Positions 1 through 9,266 of a DNA stretch of 64,000 nt are shown here, in pieces. A model generated the notes under the pieces. That model was not told where the DNA came from. It did no database searches and worked only from the letters and a program-made list of their open reading frames with translations. Position 1 is the first letter of the stretch. Each line of letters begins with the position of its first letter. The position numbers and the translations under genes were made by a program. Source of the DNA: an uncultured Thermoplasmatales archaeon (GTDB lineage Archaea; Thermoplasmatota; SW-10-69-26); the NCBI GenBank assembly GCA_964396185.1, contig CAYNEI010000005.1, forward strand, positions 19,842 to 83,841, given 5' to 3'.

Positions 1-582
1 CAACCCTTCTCCCACAAGCTCGCTGGCGTCTTCTGCCCCGACCAGCTCAAGGCATGCCGGGTTCACGTAGAGGATCGTCTCCCCGTCGTGGACGAGGATC
101 GGCTCAGGGGAGAGCTCGACCAAGCGCCGGTACCGGTCCTTGGTCGCTTGCAGCTCGATGCGGTCCGATTCCCAGTCGCTCACGTCGCTGGCCACCGCGA
201 CGATGAGCCTCTTCCCCCCGTGCTCCACGGTGCGGGCTGTGAGCTCCACCGGGAACGTGGTCCCGTCCTTGCGCTCATGGAGGGACATGGCCGCCTCGGT
301 CTCCCCTTCCTCCAGGGCCCGTTCCAAGAGCGCCTTGGGTCCGTGAGCGCCCATCTCGTCGACGTAGATCTGCTCGAAGGGCTGGCCCGTGAGCTCATCC
401 AGCTCGTAGCCCAGGGCCTCGAGCGCTGCCCTGTTCGCGTGCACGAGGTCGCCTGAGGCGCTGTCGAGCACGTAGACGGGCTCTGCGATGCCCTCGAAAA
501 CCGCCCGCCAGAGCCCATCTTCTCCAGAGGGGCCAGCCTCTGGGGAGGCTCCGCTGGCCCGGGCCGGGTCCCTGGAGACCAT
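1..582 (-). CDS. PAS-domain sensor protein, N-terminal part; gene continues beyond the window start
   Basis: My own minus-strand translation from an ATG at about 582 gives MVSRDPARASGASPEAGPSGEDGLWRAVFEGIAEPVYVLDSASGDLVHANRAALEALGYELDELTGQPFEQIYVDEMG...ILVHDGETILYVNPACLELVG. This is two PAS-like modules. The ORF is open to position 1. It is absent from the ORF track as a complete ORF because it runs off the edge. Confidence 0.55.
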   Translation of the reverse strand, partial: MVSRDPARASGASPEAGPSGEDGLWRAVFEGIAEPVYVLDSASGDLVHANRAALEALGYELDELTGQPFEQIYVDEMGAHGPKALLERALEEGETEAAMSLHERKDGTTFPVELTARTVEHGGKRLIVAVASDVSDWESDRIELQATKDRYRRLVELSPEPILVHDGETILYVNPACLELVGAEDASELVGEGL

Positions 583-651
583 ACAACCGGGGATTGAGTC
601 CCATAGCTACATAAGGGTGAGGGCGAGGCCTACGCAGATTATCGCGGCAGC

Positions 652-1152
652 CTATGAGATCTCGAAGATGAGATCGCGGGCTTCGACGACCGCTCCTGGC
701 TTGGTGTGGACGCGGTTCACGGTCCCTGGCTTCGGGGCCTCGATGGTGGACTGCATCTTCATGGCCTCGAGCACCGCGAGCTTGTCGCCGGCCTCCACGG
801 TCTCACCCTCCTCGACGGCGACCTCGATGATCTTGCCGGCCATGGGAGGTCGAACGGCGCCCTCTGCCTCCACGAGGGTCTCGTGCTCCCCGGGAGCACC
901 CCCGGGTTCGAAGCGTTCGATCCCGAAGACGATGCGTCGTCCGTCGACGCGGGCGGCCTGGTCGTCGAGGACCTCGACCTCGACCTCGCGTCCGTCGAGT
1001 TGCACACGCACGCGACCCCCCGGGCCGCGCTGGACGGTGGCTTCATGCATCTGGCCATCCACCTCGACCTCGACGGAGGCTTCGGTTCGAACGAGCCAAA
1101 CGTCGTGCTCGGTCCGGTGGTCGGCGGTCTGGATGGTGAGCTCAAGGTGCAT
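652..1152 (-). CDS. biotin carboxyl carrier protein (BCCP) of acetyl/propionyl-CoA carboxylase
   Basis: 166 aa. C-terminal biotinyl domain with the EAMKM biotin-attachment motif (AVLEAMKMQSTIEAPKPG). Its start abuts the stop of the biotin carboxylase gene. Confidence 0.85.
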   Translation of the reverse strand: MHLELTIQTADHRTEHDVWLVRTEASVEVEVDGQMHEATVQRGPGGRVRVQLDGREVEVEVLDDQAARVDGRRIVFGIERFEPGGAPGEHETLVEAEGAVRPPMAGKIIEVAVEEGETVEAGDKLAVLEAMKMQSTIEAPKPGTVNRVHTKPGAVVEARDLIFEIS

Positions 1153-2649
1153 TCAGGCTCCCCTCCCAGGCTCGTCGAGGCGCTCGGGGCGTTGGTGGCG
1201 ATGGGCCAGCGAGCCCAGCCCGCCCCTGGGCGCCATGGCCAGGGCAGCGGAGAGGGCTGCAGCCCGGATCCGGGCCTCCTCGGCCAGTTGTTCGCCTTCG
1301 CGTTCGAGGGCTTCCAGCAACCCGCGTTCCTCCAGGAAGCGCGTGGAGAGGTCCCCCTCTCGGAAGGCTTCGTCTGCCAGGATGCGGCGGTGAAGCGGCA
1401 AGTTCGTGGTGGTCCCGATGCGCGTGGTCGCCACAGCACTGGAGATGCGCGCGATGGCTTGGTCGCGGTCGCGTCCCCACGCGATGACTTTGGCCAAGAG
1501 CGAGTCGTAGTCTGAGGGGACCGTCCAGCCCGTCTGGATCCCATCATCGATACGGATGCCTGGACCCGCGGCCGGCTCGTAGTGGGAGATCGTCCCGAAG
1601 CGGGGCAGGAACCCGGCGTACGGGTCCTCTGCGTTGACCCGCACCTCGATGGCGTGCCCGTCCAAGACCACGTCGTCCTGGGTGAAGCCGAGAGGCTCAC
1701 CGGCTGCGACCCGGAGCTGAGCGTGGACCAAGTCGATGCCGGTGACGAGCTCGGTGACCGGGTGCTCGACCTGGAGGCGCGTGTTCATCTCGTTGAAGAA
1801 GATCTCGCCATCCTGGTAGAGGAACTCCAGGGTCCCAGCGTTCGTGTAGCCACCGGCCTCGGCCAGCCGGACGGCCATCTCCCCGAGCTCGGCTCGCTGC
1901 TCTGCATCGAGCACGGTGCTCGGTGCCTCCTCCACGAGCTTCTGGTGGCGGCGCTGGATGCTGCACTCGCGCTCGCCCAAGTGGACCACGGCCCCATCGG
2001 CTGCTCCGATGACCTGGACCTCCAGGTGCCTGGGGCGCTCCAGGAAGCGCTCGAGGAAGAGATCCCCGTTGCCGAAGGCGGATCGGGCCTGCTCGCTGGC
2101 CGACTCGAAGGCTTGCTCGACCTCGTCAGCACCTCGGACCACCCGCATCCCCATGCCTCCGCCACCGGCCGCGGCCTTGAGCATGACGGGGTAACCGACC
2201 TCGTCGGCGATGCCACGGGCCTCCTTCGGGCTTGCAAGGGCGCCCTTGCTGCCTGGGGAGACGGGCACGTCCTGCTCGATGGCGAGTTGCCGGGCCTGCA
2301 CTTTGTCGCCCAGGGCACGCATGGCCTCTGGGCTGGGGCCCACGAAGGTGATCCCGGCGTCCAGGCAGGCCTGAGCGAAGTCCGCGTTCTCGGAGAGGAA
2401 CCCGTACCCGGGGTGGATGGCCTCGGCCCCGGTCTGTTCGGCTGCCGCCAGGATGGCCTCCTGGTCGAGGTAGGACTGGGAGGCCGGGGGCGGACCGATG
2501 CGCACCGCTTGGTCGGCCTCGTCTACGAAGGGTGCCGAGGCGTCGGCATCGGAGTAGACGGCCACGGTGCGGACGCCGAGCTCCCGGCACGCGCGCAGCA
2601 CGCGGCGGGCGATCTCGCCCCGGTTGGCCACGAGGACGGTCTCGAACAT
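1153..2649 (-). CDS. accC: biotin carboxylase subunit (AccC/PccA-like) of a biotin-dependent carboxylase
   Basis: 498 aa. Begins MFETVLVANRGEIARRVLRACRELG. ATP-grasp domain and biotin carboxylase C-domain. Typical length. Confidence 0.9.
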   Translation of the reverse strand: MFETVLVANRGEIARRVLRACRELGVRTVAVYSDADASAPFVDEADQAVRIGPPPASQSYLDQEAILAAAEQTGAEAIHPGYGFLSENADFAQACLDAGITFVGPSPEAMRALGDKVQARQLAIEQDVPVSPGSKGALASPKEARGIADEVGYPVMLKAAAGGGGMGMRVVRGADEVEQAFESASEQARSAFGNGDLFLERFLERPRHLEVQVIGAADGAVVHLGERECSIQRRHQKLVEEAPSTVLDAEQRAELGEMAVRLAEAGGYTNAGTLEFLYQDGEIFFNEMNTRLQVEHPVTELVTGIDLVHAQLRVAAGEPLGFTQDDVVLDGHAIEVRVNAEDPYAGFLPRFGTISHYEPAAGPGIRIDDGIQTGWTVPSDYDSLLAKVIAWGRDRDQAIARISSAVATTRIGTTTNLPLHRRILADEAFREGDLSTRFLEERGLLEALEREGEQLAEEARIRAAALSAALAMAPRGGLGSLAHRHQRPERLDEPGRGA

Positions 2650-2710
2650 GCGTGCAGGGACGAAGGGGGAGCAGGAGAAAAGCCTGACCCTTCGCCGGCT
2701 GCCGGTGCAG

Positions 2711-3478
2711 CTACTCTGACTCGGAGCCGGCGATCTCCTGGAACGAGAACCAGGCAGCCGCGCCCGCCGAGGCCAACGCGGCGAACACGCCCAGGATGAG
2801 CACGCTGGTCGCGGTGCTGGCCGCGACGCCCGCGAGGAACTCGCTGGCCAGGAAGCCCTGGACGAGTTGCTCCTGGATGCCGATCGATCGCAGGTAGAAG
2901 GCCACGGTCCACTGCCGGAAGATCAGAGGCGTGCTGGCCACGGCCCCCTCCCAGGCCACGATGTAGAGGATGCCCACGAGCAGGCCTCGTTTGGTGGCCG
3001 TTCCCAGAAGCGCGAAGAGCGGTGTGTAGACCAAGGCGGCCAGCAGGGTGAGCTGCAGGGATCCGATCCAGGGGTCGGCTGCGATGTCCCCGAGCAACGG
3101 GTAGGGTAGGGTGACGGCGACGGCCCCGAGCAGCGCGGTCGCGGTGATCGCAGCGGCCAAGCGGGCCAGTATGATGGTGACTCTTGGTACCGGGCTGGTC
3201 ACGAGGTGGACGACGGTGCCGTCCTCGAGCTCGGATCGGATGACACCGATGCCCAGGATCAAGGCGAGGATCGGCACGACGAGGCCCAGCCCCACGATGT
3301 AGAAGATCGGCTCCACCTCGGCGGTGCTTGGGGCGGGTCCAGCCAGGAACGTGAGCGCGAGGGTCAAAGCGGCTGGAGCGAGCGCGACCAGGGAGAGCCC
3401 GATGAGCCTGCGGCCTCGCAGGGCCTGGCGCAGGGCGTGGGTGTAGAGGGCGATGGGGGCCGAGGCGGCCTGGGTCAT
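2711..3478 (-). CDS. ABC-2 type transporter permease
   Basis: 255 aa polytopic hydrophobic protein. Overlaps the upstream ABC ATPase stop by 4 nt. Confidence 0.65.
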   Translation of the reverse strand: MTQAASAPIALYTHALRQALRGRRLIGLSLVALAPAALTLALTFLAGPAPSTAEVEPIFYIVGLGLVVPILALILGIGVIRSELEDGTVVHLVTSPVPRVTIILARLAAAITATALLGAVAVTLPYPLLGDIAADPWIGSLQLTLLAALVYTPLFALLGTATKRGLLVGILYIVAWEGAVASTPLIFRQWTVAFYLRSIGIQEQLVQGFLASEFLAGVAASTATSVLILGVFAALASAGAAAWFSFQEIAGSESE

Positions 3479-4407
3479 GGTTCACCTCCACCGCGTGTGA
3501 GGTAGCGGAAGACGGCTTGCAGGTTGTCATCGGGGCTTGTGAGCTCGCGCACCTCGAAGCCCGAGTCGAGCAACTCGTTCTGGAGGCGCTCGTAGAAACT
3601 CTCAGGGGCGCGGGTCTCGGCGACCAGCTCGCCGTCCTCCACGCGCACGCGGACGACATCGTCCCAGGTGACCAGCGTGCTGGCCAGCTCCCGGGGGCGG
3701 TCGACAGCCACGCGAACGTGGTGGGGGTGGCGGTCCATGAGCGTGCGGATCTCGTGGATGTCACCCGTGGCCACGACGTGACCGCCGACCAGCACGGCGA
3801 TCTCGCTGGTGAGCGCCTCAACCTCGTGGAGGACGTGGCTGGAGAACAGGATGTTGACGCCGGTGGATGAAAGCTCGTGGAGCAGGGCCATCATCTCGCG
3901 GCGTCCCACTGGGTCCAGGCCCGTGAACGGCTCGTCGAGGAGCAGGAGCTCTGGCCCGGTCACGAGCGCCATGGCGATCTTGAGTCGCTGGCGCATGCCA
4001 CGCGAGTAGCCTCCGACGCGCCGGTGGGCGGCCTCGGTGAGCTTGACGCGCTCGAGCCGGGGCTCGGCCATCTGCACCGCGTCGCGTCTGCTGTGGCCGT
4101 GCAGACGAGCAGCCAGGGCGACGTGGTCGGCACCGTTCATCCACTCCCACAGGGCCAGGGTCTCGGGCACGAAGGCGATGCGCTCGTGCAGGGCGGGGTT
4201 GCACCAGGGGGTCTCGCCGAGCACGCGGATGTCCCCTTGGCTGGGCTTGAGCTGGCCTGTGGCCAGATGCAGCATGGTCGTCTTGCCCGCGCCGTTGGGG
4301 CCGAGTAGGCCGGTCAACCCCGAGCCGATCTCGAGGCTCACATCGTTGAGGGCGATGACGTCCCCGTACCACTTGGACAGCTCGGTGGTGCGGATGACCG
4401 GCGTCAT
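3475..4407 (-). CDS. ABC transporter ATP-binding protein
   Basis: Walker A GPNGAGKTT, signature YSRGMRQRL, Walker B LLLLDEP. The start is taken at the internal MTPVIRTTEL (ATG 4407), which overlaps the upstream permease stop as ATGA. The 427-aa track ORF has a non-protein-like N-terminal extension. Confidence 0.85.
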   Translation of the reverse strand: MTPVIRTTELSKWYGDVIALNDVSLEIGSGLTGLLGPNGAGKTTMLHLATGQLKPSQGDIRVLGETPWCNPALHERIAFVPETLALWEWMNGADHVALAARLHGHSRRDAVQMAEPRLERVKLTEAAHRRVGGYSRGMRQRLKIAMALVTGPELLLLDEPFTGLDPVGRREMMALLHELSSTGVNILFSSHVLHEVEALTSEIAVLVGGHVVATGDIHEIRTLMDRHPHHVRVAVDRPRELASTLVTWDDVVRVRVEDGELVAETRAPESFYERLQNELLDSGFEVRELTSPDDNLQAVFRYLTRGGGEP

Positions 4408-5273
4408 GGGCCCACCTCGGCTCGTGAGAGGAACAGGGTCACGCCACCCGCCCCGGCCACCAGCCAGGCCAACGCGATGGTCCAGGCATCGGCTTGCGGC
4501 AGGCTCGAGCCGGCAGCGCCGATCAGATCGCGCGTGACGCGGTCGAGCACGCCGAAGAGATCGATGAGCCCGACGTCGCTGCGGCCCGTGATCTCCTCGA
4601 GCAGGCGCGCGCCCGCCGCTGTGAGCAACGCAAGCGCCACCCAGGCGGCCCCGGCGACGGTTTCGTTGGCCACGAGACCACTGATCGCCAGCGCGATGCT
4701 GGCCGTGATCAGGCTCACCAGCAACCCCGCCACCACGAGCATGAAGGGGATGAGCCACACATCTGCCGGGTAGAGCTGCTCCGGGGTGAAGGCGACGCCG
4801 AGCACCCAGAGGATGAGCATCGGGAGGGCTGTGACGGTCAGGCCGAGCAGGACCGGTGGGGCCAGCTTGCCCGCCACGTACCCGGGCACGCTCAGCGGCT
4901 TGCTGAAGTAGAACTGGAGGGCCCCGGCTCGTTGGTCGCCGGCCAGGGCAGGCGAGGCGACAAGCGCGAGCAGGATCATGAGGATCCAGCGTGCCTGGAA
5001 GGCCATGGCATCCGCCAGGAACCCACTGCTGAACATGATCTGGTCCCGCACCCCCGGGGGGATGGTCCCCTCGGGCACGGTCACTTGGCCTGTGAAGTAG
5101 AGGATACCGCCACGGATGGCGACGTGGAGCAGCGTGCCCACGAGCAGCACCCAGACCAGGCGCAGTCGCATGGCTTGCCGCAACCCCTGCTCAGCGATGA
5201 CCACGGGGCGCATGCCACTCGGGGTGCGCTCACCGTCCCAGGGGCGATACGAGCGATCGTACACGGGGCTCAT
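4404..5273 (-). CDS. ABC-2 type transporter permease
   Basis: 289 aa with multiple TM helices. 4-nt overlaps with the flanking ATPase genes. Confidence 0.65.
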   Translation of the reverse strand: MSPVYDRSYRPWDGERTPSGMRPVVIAEQGLRQAMRLRLVWVLLVGTLLHVAIRGGILYFTGQVTVPEGTIPPGVRDQIMFSSGFLADAMAFQARWILMILLALVASPALAGDQRAGALQFYFSKPLSVPGYVAGKLAPPVLLGLTVTALPMLILWVLGVAFTPEQLYPADVWLIPFMLVVAGLLVSLITASIALAISGLVANETVAGAAWVALALLTAAGARLLEEITGRSDVGLIDLFGVLDRVTRDLIGAAGSSLPQADAWTIALAWLVAGAGGVTLFLSRAEVGP

Positions 5274-6226
5274 CGGCCCGCCTCCTCGTCTAGCGCGGCT
5301 ACGAGCGCATCCTCTAGGCTGGAGCGTGCGGGTTCCAGGTGACGGACTTGGACACCGGCTTGGCTGGCCGCCTCCAGCACGCGGCGAGGGCCGCCCTCCC
5401 CGCTGAGCCGTACAACGCGCAGGCCCTCCGGGGTTCGCTCGACCTCGCCGCCTCGGGCCGCCAGGGCCTCATCGAAGCCCTCCCCGCGGCCACGGATGCG
5501 CACGAGGTAGGTCTCCTTGCGAACCGCCTTGAGCTCATCCAGGGTCGCGTTGGCCACCGCCTCGCCCTCTTCGAGCACCAAGGCACCGTCGCAGACGCGC
5601 TCCACCTCGGGCAGCACGTGGCTGGCCAGCAGCATGGCGATCCCGTGATCGCGGGCTAACGCGGCGACCAGGTCGAGCATCTCGTTGCGGCCATCCGGGT
5701 CCAGGCCGTTGGTCGGCTCATCCAGGAAGATGAGATCCGGGTCGTGGACGATGGCTTGGGCCAGCTTGGCGCGCTGACGCATCCCTTGGCTGTAGCCGTC
5801 CACCGGCCGGTACCGCGCCTCCTCGATGCCCACGAAGTTCAACGCCTCATGTGCCCGCTGCTTGGCATCCGTGGCCGGCAGCCCACTGAGCCGGCCAGCG
5901 TACGCGACGAACCGAACGCCTGTCAGACCCGGGACGTAGGCGTCCCGCTCAGGCACGAAGCCGATGCGCTCGCGCACCTGGCGGGCCTCGTAGGCCGGGT
6001 TCAGGCCGAGCACGCTTGCACTGCCGCGGGTCGCATCGGCCAGACCGAGCAACAAGCGGATGAGCGTGGTCTTGCCCGCCCCGTTCGGGCCCAGCAAGCC
6101 CCAGACCCCACGGGGGATCTCCACGGTCAGCGGGCCGACGGCACGCACAGGACCGTAGTCCTTGACGAGTCCCTCGGTGGTGATGACGGGCTCGGGCACG
6201 TGCCCCCCAACGGTGGCGCCTGGCAA
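5270..6226 (-). CDS. ABC transporter ATP-binding protein
   Basis: GPNGAGKTT, YSQGMRQRA, IFLDEPTNGLD motifs. 318 aa. Confidence 0.85.
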   Translation of the reverse strand: MPGATVGGHVPEPVITTEGLVKDYGPVRAVGPLTVEIPRGVWGLLGPNGAGKTTLIRLLLGLADATRGSASVLGLNPAYEARQVRERIGFVPERDAYVPGLTGVRFVAYAGRLSGLPATDAKQRAHEALNFVGIEEARYRPVDGYSQGMRQRAKLAQAIVHDPDLIFLDEPTNGLDPDGRNEMLDLVAALARDHGIAMLLASHVLPEVERVCDGALVLEEGEAVANATLDELKAVRKETYLVRIRGRGEGFDEALAARGGEVERTPEGLRVVRLSGEGGPRRVLEAASQAGVQVRHLEPARSSLEDALVAALDEEAGR

Positions 6227-6253
6227 AACCGTTGTTCTTCGCTGCAGACGCGT

Positions 6254-7003
6254 TCAACCGCGTCTTGCAGCCAGGTAGACCGCGACGCCTGCTGCCAGGC
6301 CCATGAGCGCTGGGACGAGGATGAGATCCGGGTTGGGGATGATGCCTGCAAGCAGCTCGTCCTGGTAGGCAGCGTACAAGAGGATGGCTGCACCCCCCAC
6401 CAGGCCTGTCACGGCGAGCAGGCGGGCCACCCCGGTGGTGGTGGCCTCAAGAGCGACGGAGAGGTTGGCGGCGCCAACCCGTTGTTCGCGAAGCTGGCCG
6501 AGCACGTTCTCGCGCGCGCTCAGCACGACCTCGGCCGTCGCGATGGCCACCATGGTGGCTGCGACCACCCAGGCGCTCGTGGGCGGTGTGACCGTCTCTT
6601 GGCGGATCTCGCTGAACACTTGGGCCCAGGGGACTTGGGCGTACGGGAACAGGAACCACCCGGCGGTCCCAACCACGAGCAGCGCGAACGCGCTGCCGCT
6701 GCGCTGGCCCACCAAGTGGGTGCCGATGGCCAGCACGAACGCGGTGAGCCCGATGCTCACCAGGGCCATGGTGACCGGTTCGGGGCCCAGCTCGGCCAGG
6801 GGGCCAGGCAGGATGCCGGCGACCCCAGCCAGGGTCTCGCGTGCAGCTGCGAGGTCATCGGAGACGGTCTTGGCAAGATAGACCGCCAGCAACGCGTAGG
6901 CCACAGCAGTGGCCACCCGCCGGGCCACGGGCCCGATGACCCCGAACGCGGCGGTGGCTTGAGGGCCTGGATCGAGACGCGTGAAGGCCGGCGCATCAGC
7001 CAC
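6254..7003 (-). CDS. hypothetical polytopic membrane protein; last gene of the MoxR/DUF58 operon
   Basis: 249 aa, Ala/Leu/Val-rich with about 6 TM segments. Overlaps the DUF58 gene end (6996-7003). Confidence 0.5.
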   Translation of the reverse strand: MADAPAFTRLDPGPQATAAFGVIGPVARRVATAVAYALLAVYLAKTVSDDLAAARETLAGVAGILPGPLAELGPEPVTMALVSIGLTAFVLAIGTHLVGQRSGSAFALLVVGTAGWFLFPYAQVPWAQVFSEIRQETVTPPTSAWVVAATMVAIATAEVVLSARENVLGQLREQRVGAANLSVALEATTTGVARLLAVTGLVGGAAILLYAAYQDELLAGIIPNPDLILVPALMGLAAGVAVYLAARRG

Positions 7004-8291
7004 GGGAGATCACCCCACGGAACAGCAGGCGTTCCAAGGGCTCGGTCTCCGGGTTCCATGGGAGCACGACGGCCCCGAGGCGCCGCAACCGTTGGTGGCG
7101 TGTGCGGGCAAGGTGGTCCAGCAGCCGTGCCGTGGCCTTGGTCGACTCGCCGCCAGGGACGAGGTGGAAGGCCTGTGGCTCGAGCACGATCATGGGGCGC
7201 TTGCGGTTCGGGGTGAGAGCCCGCAACCGGCGAAGGGCCGCTTCGAGCTGCTCGGTGCCCACCTCGGTGCGCGTGATGAAGATGACCATGGGCGAGGAGG
7301 CCACGAGCCAGGATCGACACCGCATCACCGCTTCCAGGGCCCCCTCACCGGCAGGTGCCGGCTCCAAACGCGCCAGCAGCCGTTGGATCTTGAGGAACTG
7401 CTTCTGGCCGACATCCGGGTAGAGGGGCTCGACGCCCTCGGCGTTGTAGGCGTACATCCCGATGCGGTAGCCCCGGTCGAGGTAGGCCAGCGCGAGCCCG
7501 CTGGCGGCTTGGATGGCCACCTCGAAACCGTTCTCCACGCTCGTGCCGACGGCCATGTGGGTCCCGGCGTCGAGGAAGAACCAGACCGCTTTGCGGCCCT
7601 CGACCTCGTACTCGTTGACCAGGGGCATGTCGATGGCGGGACCGTGGCGAGCCGTGGCCTTCCAGTTCACCGAGCGCGGGGGGTCGCCCCAGCGGTACTC
7701 GCGTAGCTCCCGGAAGTCCGTGGTCTTGAGCCCGACACGGCCGATGTCCTCGTTGGGAGCGATGGTGGCCGCGGTGCCTCGCATGGCACGCAGCCGGCGC
7801 ACAGGGATAAGGCCCGGGTGCACCTCCAGCTCGCTGGGCTCCCCCAGGGTCTCACTGGGCGGTGCTCTCAGGCCCGCCAGGGAGAGGGGACTGGCTTCCA
7901 CAGGCCCCAGTTGGAAGCGCCCCCGTTTGGCGGCTCGCACGCGAAGCGAGCGCGTGTGCTCCTGGCGCCCCTTGGCGGTCCGGATGAGGTGCGTGTTCGT
8001 GCCTGAGACGAGATCGAACTCGGGCGGGAGATGTAGGTGGATGGCCACCACGCCAGCAGGGCCACTGGTGGTGAGCACCACGTCGATGTCGAGCACGTCC
8101 CCGGCGCGTGCTTGAGCGCTGGCTTGGATGACCGCCCCGTCCACCGTGGGGGTGGCTTCGAACGCGCCGAGGATGAAGGCGGTGAGCGGGAGCGCGGTGA
8201 GGCTGAGGACCACGGGGTTGGCACTCGCCAGGCCCAGGGTGAACAGCGCCGTGGCGGCGACGAGCAAGCCGTGGGCAGAGCGCGTGAGCAT
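6996..8291 (-). CDS. DUF58 domain protein (VWA-like partner of MoxR)
   Basis: Carries the DUF58 signature FRELREYRWGDPPRSVNWKATAR. N-terminal TM hairpin. Sits directly downstream of the MoxR ATPase. Confidence 0.75.
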   Translation of the reverse strand: MLTRSAHGLLVAATALFTLGLASANPVVLSLTALPLTAFILGAFEATPTVDGAVIQASAQARAGDVLDIDVVLTTSGPAGVVAIHLHLPPEFDLVSGTNTHLIRTAKGRQEHTRSLRVRAAKRGRFQLGPVEASPLSLAGLRAPPSETLGEPSELEVHPGLIPVRRLRAMRGTAATIAPNEDIGRVGLKTTDFRELREYRWGDPPRSVNWKATARHGPAIDMPLVNEYEVEGRKAVWFFLDAGTHMAVGTSVENGFEVAIQAASGLALAYLDRGYRIGMYAYNAEGVEPLYPDVGQKQFLKIQRLLARLEPAPAGEGALEAVMRCRSWLVASSPMVIFITRTEVGTEQLEAALRRLRALTPNRKRPMIVLEPQAFHLVPGGESTKATARLLDHLARTRHQRLRRLGAVVLPWNPETEPLERLLFRGVISRG

Positions 8292-8294
8292 CGC

Positions 8295-9266
8295 TTAGGC
8301 ATCCCCGCGGGAGAAGGCTGTCGGCGGTTCCACCCCTCGCAGGACCTCCTGGATGACAGCCTCGTCGGTGACCCCTTCGAGCACGTGCTCCATGTCCAGG
8401 ATAACGCGGTGGGCCAGCGCGTCGGTTGCCAGGGTCTTGACATCGTCGGGCGTGACGAAATCGCGGCCTCGAAGCAGCGCGAGCGCGCGGCCCAAGCGAA
8501 GGAGCGCAAGGTCGCCGCGCGGGCTGGGACCGACCTCCACGGCAGGGTGCTCGCGCGTCGAGCGCACGATCTTGCCGATGTAGTCGAGCACGGCGTCGTG
8601 GATGAACACGCGGCTCTCGACGACATCCTGGAGTTTCCCGAAGGCATCCCTGCTCAGCACGGGCGTGACATCTTGGGTCGGATCGTCCTTGCTCCAGCTG
8701 ATCCGGCGTTTCATGATCTGCCTCTCCTCGGCCAGCGATGGGGGGTAGCCCATGCGCAGGCGCAGCAGGAACCGGTCCATCTGGGCCTCCGGCAAGGGGT
8801 AGGTGCCCTCTTGCTCGATGGGGTTCTGGGTGGCGAGCACGAAGAAGGGGGCAGGGATGGGCATGGTGTTGCCCTCGATGGTGACCTGGCGCTCTTCCAT
8901 GGACTCAAGCAACGCCGATTGCGTCTTGGGGGGTGCCCGGTTGATCTCATCGGCCAGCAGCACGTTGGTGAACACGGGGCCCAGGTTGAGCCGGAAGTCG
9001 CCTGACTTGGGGTTGTAGATGTTCGTGCCGATGATGTCGGCTGGCAGGATGTCCGGCGTGAACTGGATCCGCGCGAAATCGCACCCGACCGTCCGGGCGA
9101 ACACCTTGACGAGCAGCGTCTTGCCCAGGCCGGGGTAGTCCTCGAAGAGCACGTGACCGTTGGCCAGTGACGCGGCGAGCAGTTTCTCCACCACATCGCT
9201 GTGGCCGACGAACACCGACGAGACCGCGCGTCGGATCTCGCTGCACTTCTTAGCGATGCGGTTCAC
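8295..9266 (-). CDS. MoxR-family AAA+ ATPase
   Basis: Walker A GLGKT, Walker B LLADEINRAPPKTQSALLE, C-terminal AAA lid. 323 aa. Confidence 0.9.
   Translation of the reverse strand: MNRIAKKCSEIRRAVSSVFVGHSDVVEKLLAASLANGHVLFEDYPGLGKTLLVKVFARTVGCDFARIQFTPDILPADIIGTNIYNPKSGDFRLNLGPVFTNVLLADEINRAPPKTQSALLESMEERQVTIEGNTMPIPAPFFVLATQNPIEQEGTYPLPEAQMDRFLLRLRMGYPPSLAEERQIMKRRISWSKDDPTQDVTPVLSRDAFGKLQDVVESRVFIHDAVLDYIGKIVRSTREHPAVEVGPSPRGDLALLRLGRALALLRGRDFVTPDDVKTLATDALAHRVILDMEHVLEGVTDEAVIQEVLRGVEPPTAFSRGDA

Noticed and set aside
88-1515. Long plus-strand ORFs (88..456, 488..1393, 706..1515) and many similar antisense or alternate-frame ORFs throughout the track
   Set aside because: They lie antisense to, or out of frame with, well-supported genes (PAS, BCCP, AccC). 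They have Arg/Pro/Ala-rich low-complexity translations typical of spurious ORFs in 65% GC DNA.
3475-4758. 427-aa version of the ABC ATPase with a 117-aa N-terminal extension
   Set aside because: The extension is Arg/Gly-rich and overlaps the upstream permease. The internal ATG 4407 gives a canonical ATPase start and an ATGA overlap.
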